64,000 bases of DNA, taken from contig CAUYUJ010000003.1 of NCBI GenBank assembly GCA_963575745.1, positions 1,240,001 to 1,304,000 on the forward strand. The letters run 5' to 3'. Within the stretch, counting starts at the first letter, position 1. Each line of letters starts with the position of its first letter. A program made the position numbers and the translations under genes. The notes beneath the pieces are model-generated. The model was not told the DNA's origin. It did no database searches and saw nothing but the letters and a program-made list of their open reading frames with translations. The stretch is from Prorocentrum cordatum (Eukaryota). Positions 61,301-64,000 of this stretch are shown piece by piece.

Positions 61301-62314
61301 CTCGTTTCCAGACGCATCCGTAGTAGTAAGTAGTAGTGTCCCGTTCGATATTAAATCCATTGATACTCGTGTCTCGTTTGGGGCGGAAACCATTGATAGC
61401 AGCATCTCGTTTGCACCTACACCCCTGCATAGCAGCGTCTCGTTTGGAATGAGCACAATAAGAATGTGCTGTCTCGTTGATAGTAGTGCCTCCTTTGCAG
61501 ACACGTCCACTATTGATCGCAGCGTTTCGCTTCCAGTCAAATCCGAACATGAATCTAAAGAAGAATGCTTCCATATATGCTCATACACATGGCTGTTAGG
61601 TTGTTTTGCTGGGATAATTGTTGAACACAATATGCGCGGCGCTGAAACGAGAACAACATTTTCAAAACAAACCGCCCTCAATCCGTGAAACTTGTGCAAC
61701 AAGTTTTCAGAACGTACGGGCGACAACCACATTTCGAAAACGAGCCCCCCTCCATCCGTGAAGCTCTTGCAACGCTTTTGAAACGAATGTGCCCCGCGCT
61801 AACAATAAAACCACATTTTGAAAACGAGCCGCCCTGCATCCGTGAAGCCCTTGCAAATGTTTGAAACGAATGTGCGCGGCGCTAAGGCGAGAGCCACAAA
61901 CCACCCTCAATCCGTGAAACTCTGGCAAATTTTTGAAACGGATGCGAGCGGCGCTAAGGAGAGAACCACATCATTCTTCTGGTGCGGGAATAACGCTTCT
62001 GCGTGCGGGAAGCGTTATCCTTTTGCCGGAAAGGGGGGGGGGGCTGAAATACTCCATGAGGCTAAGCACGCTCGGGAGGCCTGGAGGCGCTCGCGCCGTG
62101 CCCGATAAAGACTCGGGAGGGGATGCTTGCTCGCGTCGGGGCATGGGCCGAGGCTGGGCAGCGCCCGAGAAAGCGGGGCGTGGGGCCCGGTACGCGCGCT
62201 CCGCGCTGAGCCGCCCGCGTGGTAGAGCGTGCCGTCGCAGTCGAGCAGGAAGGCGTCGTAGTCGCGGAGCAGGTCCGCCACGGTGGCCGGCGAGCCTGAC
62301 TCCACGGCCTCCAT
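30500..62314 (-). CDS. PGP: Multi-exon HAD-IIA phosphatase (phosphoglycolate / glycerol-3-phosphate phosphatase family); 10 exons, 3'-incomplete in window
   Basis: Hand-spliced product: MEAVESGSPATVADLLRDYDAFLLDCDGTLYH-AGDLLPHVPETIGYLRSLGKRVFFVTNTSSR-SSEQLQEKLAGMGVDCVADECVP-SGVFAARYISREHPSAQRVYVIG-GQGLVDELRRVGIESSGGPAEDAETFE-DTRLAALAATVAAEHYDGVVVGWDTALNY-HKIVKSSLVFQKHYDCFFYATNSDPADR-VGDCLLPGNGCLLPAIE-AACDACAAHRTGHPHHLG-TRAVSLGKPNPEYARRVAEWNGLDIHRCVM. It has HAD motif I (DCDGT), motif II (VTN), VVVGWD, ATNxD, PGNG and GKP in the expected order, with compatible exon phases and no stops. Confidence 0.92.
32692..32744 (-). CDS. PGP: PGP exon 9 (AACDACAAHRTGHPHHLG)
   Basis: Phase-0 acceptor caag|GCT continues AIE-AAC. 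The 3' boundary is ambiguous (32692, 32684 or 32677) and family similarity is weak. Confidence 0.62.
34086..34137 (-). CDS. PGP: PGP exon 8 (VGDCLLPGNGCLLPAIE)
   Basis: PGxG cap motif; acceptor cccag|G; donor CGAG|gcttgg. Confidence 0.87.
35433..35641. mobile_element. MITE-like element with ~48-bp imperfect TIRs
   Basis: Left end tggacgcccgacatgggtaccgaaaaaatgggcacgatgcccaacaac versus reverse complement of right end tggacgcccgaaattagtacggaaagaacgggtacaatgcccaacagc; no clear TSD. Confidence 0.7.
36269..36739. repeat. ~180-bp direct repeat pair (36269-36450, 36559-36739) at the 3' end of the YR element
   Basis: gccagagagccttgttcaggagggagcgggggccttagtgctac... occurs twice, separated by ~108 bp. 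Confidence 0.9.
41730..43080 (-). mobile_element. 5'-truncated LINE 3' fragment (RNase H + Cys-rich C-terminus) nested in the YR element
   Basis: VCMDGSC, LPQTPQAAE, NADALAK RNase H-like motifs; FCTTCGAHTTRRCFLLGRECP. Confidence 0.62.
43675..43925. repeat. Short aagcttctca/ataagctt tandem repeat
   Basis: Visible directly. Confidence 0.7.
44240..44432. repeat. (CT)n microsatellite just inside the intron 7 donor
   Basis: Visible directly. Confidence 0.9.
44479..44562 (-). CDS. PGP: PGP exon 7 (HKIVKSSL...FYATNSDPAD)
   Basis: Not in the ORF track; ATNxD motif; donor ATAG|gcgacc; inferred acceptor gcgga|C is non-AG. Confidence 0.88.
45071..45156 (-). CDS. PGP: PGP exon 6 (DTRLAAL...DGVVVGWDTALN)
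   Basis: Not in the ORF track; read by hand. VVVGWD motif; acceptor cgag|GAC; donor TA|gtcggg. Confidence 0.88.
45308..45735. repeat. (CTG)n then (CAT/CAG)n microsatellite
   Basis: Visible directly. Confidence 0.95.
47070..47152 (-). CDS. PGP: PGP exon 5 (GQGLVDELRRVGI...ETFE)
   Basis: GLxxELxxxG...GGP pattern; acceptor ccag|GC; donor CGAG|gacgcc (GA). Confidence 0.85.
47240..52190 (-). mobile_element. Degenerate near full-length LINE (APE endonuclease + RT) with a downstream extra ORF, in PGP intron 4
   Basis: APE-like LLYNPLSA...DLVGLVGT...SAGV...LYFPP...MDLND (from ATG 52092); RT motifs LSNAFAS (~50070), QGGLMGDP (~49915), CADDL (~49730); frameshifted; ends near a (TGA)n tract. Ends approximate. 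Confidence 0.85.
47723..48410 (-). pseudogene. Broken ~220-aa ORF of unknown function 3' of the LINE RT
   Basis: ORFs 48126..48602 and 47723..48163 join across a stop/frameshift: LLQLVLLIAKLSL...GPPSVH...GAAPRGSLEREAQKLL; protein-like composition. Confidence 0.5.
52205..52650. repeat. (GAC)n and (gacagtggt)n repeats
   Basis: Visible directly. Confidence 0.9.
53673..53739 (-). CDS. PGP: PGP exon 4 (SGVFAARYI...RVYVI)
   Basis: AAxY...VYVIG family pattern; donor ATAG|gcagcg; no AG at the inferred acceptor (ccgact|TCT). Confidence 0.83.
54075..54144 (-). CDS. PGP: PGP exon 3 (SSEQLQEKLAGMG...ECVP)
   Basis: Acceptor cccag|G; donor CCT|gcttcg (GC); matches the family pattern SRxQYxKKFxxLG without gaps. 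Confidence 0.85.
54921..55012 (-). CDS. PGP: PGP exon 2 (AGDLLPHV...VTNTSS)
   Basis: LRSLGKRVFFVTN motif II; acceptor gag|GCG; donor CCAG|gaccga (GA). Confidence 0.9.
56440..59020. repeat. ~2.6-kb polypurine (GGA)n tract
   Basis: Visible directly; interrupted by the RNase H fragment; recurrent gaagcgaggcatgga punctuation. Confidence 0.95.
56712..57222 (-). pseudogene. Isolated LINE-type RNase H fragment
   Basis: Open frame FCGDGSGG...RRCGWG...GPLPGPRQTNNRAE...YWTDSE...NGDIW...MQSH...GN; the first three RNase H carboxylates are present. Confidence 0.85.
60179..60828. mobile_element. Second member of the hairpin-head family: head + 52-bp array + (GCTGAG)n
   Basis: Head shared with 21749; 52-bp period (60305, 60357, 60409, 60461, 60513, 60565); inserted in the 80-bp satellite. 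Confidence 0.6.
61140..61540 (-). repeat. 30-bp coding-like repeat (NETLLSMxxx) with a 225-bp higher-order duplication
   Basis: ccattgatagcagcgtctcgttt units; 61207-61310 duplicated at 61432-61537; open on both strands. Confidence 0.7.
62219..62314 (-). CDS. PGP: PGP exon 1 (MEAV...DCDGTLYH)
   Basis: HAD motif I FLLDCDGTLY; donor CAC|gcgggc. A pyrimidine-rich cctcctccag|G acceptor lies 16 nt upstream of the ATG, so the exon may begin at 62330. Confidence 0.9.
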
Positions 62315-64000
62315 GCTCGTGGCGCCTCCCCTGGAGGAGGGAGCAGGGAATCTTCCGTGGTCCCATGCGAACCGATGCTAGTCGACGCTAATGGGTGCTA
62401 ATCGACCCTAAGTCGACGCTGATCGAGGCTCACGCACGCAAGCGCACTCTAAAGACGGAATCTCGAGGACATACGAGGCTCCCATGAAATGCCATCGAAG
62501 GAATTGGCTTCGTGGTCGCTCAGCCCTGACAATGTATGATAGGTAGCCCAACGTCACGAAAAGCGGATATAACCTCCGCGGCATCGCGCCGCCCTGGAGC
62601 CTCTCCAACCCAAGCCGAGGGGCTCGAAGCACAGTGACCTTCGCCCCCACACGGGTGACCTGAGGCAATCCCAGGACAAGCTGCGCCTTCTCCAGACCAG
62701 GCTTGGGACGAGCTGAACCTGGCGTTGATGCTTGTCTGCCAGGCTGGGCCCAGCTTGAGTGTTATTGGGCCCCCACTCTCTAGCCAGCGAGCTCTGTGGC
62801 AAGGCCTCCCGTTCCGCTGTGGGAAGCAATCGAAAACGAAACTGGATGTCTGCAGTGCCATGGGTCTTGCGAGACCATACCGTACTTCTGAGGACCCTCC
62901 TTCATCACCACCGCCCCTCCCTCATCCTGCAGCGGCGTTGGGCACTACATGGCGCACTATGCTCTCGCACCGGCGTGCCGCATCCCGCATCTGGCTGAAT
63001 AGCGAGCCGAAACAGCTCTGTCACGGGGGCAAAGCAAAAAGGTGAAGCGAAGGCAGTGGCCTCGCCTCCCCTGACTGATTGCACCAGACCGTGTCCTTCG
63101 GGTGCCGCAAGCCTTGGCAGCGAACCGTATGTCGCACAAGTGCAGTGGAAGAAAGAGAAAGGGAAGGAGGACGAGGGGGAGGAAGCAGGACGAGGACGAC
63201 GAGGACGACGAGGAAGACCACGACGGCATAGCGGGCATGTAAGGAGGATCCGCGGGCACATGCCACAGAGGCGGGAGGAACGAGACGGGCGCAGAGCAAG
63301 CTGGTTTCTCGTGCGGTCGCCCGAGCGCACAGGACTGCCTCACGGCACGTTGACTCCTACACTAATGCATGGAAAGATCTACGACGACTCGGGTGCCCTT
63401 GTTCAGACGACCCCCGCATCCCCTGACAAACAAGGTCACAAAAGGGTACGCCACCAGCTGTGCGAAACGAGCCCCTTTGATCGCCCGCTGGGGATCAGAG
63501 CGAAAGTCTCGAAAGTTGGAGGCGGCCAGGGGGTTGAGCTAATTTGGTTGGGCCTCTAAATAAAATCGGTCAAGAAGGGAGGGGGGGACGCCAAATCCGC
63601 TCAAAATCGGTCCCCAGACCCCTCCCAGGGTCCATCTGGCGCAGTTCTTAACACCCGATCCGTTTTTGACGGTCCAGGGACCCGGAAACGGTCCCCAAGG
63701 GACCGGAAAAGCCCAAAACATCCCCGAACCCAGAACCCAGAACCCCGAACCTCCGCCTCCCTTCCTGCTGGCCAGAAACAGTGGTGGGCCGCTTCAGACT
63801 TCCAGCTGTCTTCACCAGGACATGAACAACATCGGGCACGAATTAGCTACTCGGCGATCTCGAAGAGCTGGCGGGTCCAGAGGAAAAAACGGCCGCCACT
63901 GCTGCTCTGAGGATGCTCTCAGAGAGCTCAGGTGCTCCGTATCCCAAGGTTGCGCCTGAACACTTCCCTCCCAAGGTGTCTCGGAGGAAGAATCGGTACA

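Larger units (their letters stand above)
59030..61975. repeat. ~80-bp satellite (aatgtgcgcggcgctaaggcgagaaccacattttgaaaacgagccgccctccatccgtgaa), interrupted at 60179-61620; more copies at 55705-55985
   Basis: More than 15 visible copies. Confidence 0.92.

Noticed and set aside
62430..64000. Possible upstream PGP exons or promoter
   Set aside because: No supportable homology or signals by eye

Overview
Repeat-rich, GC-rich eukaryotic DNA. GC/GA splice donors, tiny exons in kb-scale introns and the retroelement types point to a dinoflagellate (Prorocentrum-like; inferred). I can rebuild one host gene by hand: a minus-strand HAD-IIA phosphatase (phosphoglycolate/glycerol-3-phosphate phosphatase family). 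It has 10 exons of about 50-100 nt between 62314 and 30500, encoding about 258 aa; its C-terminal GDRLDTD exon(s) were not found in the window. The rest is intronic or intergenic: a degenerate copia-like LTR element with a RapZ-C-like domain (2.0-11.5 kb), a degenerate tyrosine-recombinase (DIRS/Ngaro-like) element with a C5 DNA methyltransferase (36.3-43.5 kb), a near full-length degenerate LINE with an extra 3' ORF (47.2-52.2 kb), LINE RNase H fragments, a MITE and many satellites. The most unusual signal is in the splicing. Three homology-defined junctions have no AG acceptor, the intron 3' end usually copies the end of the upstream exon, and the intron 5' end mimics the next exon. Most long ORFs in the track are repeat artefacts. 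All calls are by eye and no database search was run.
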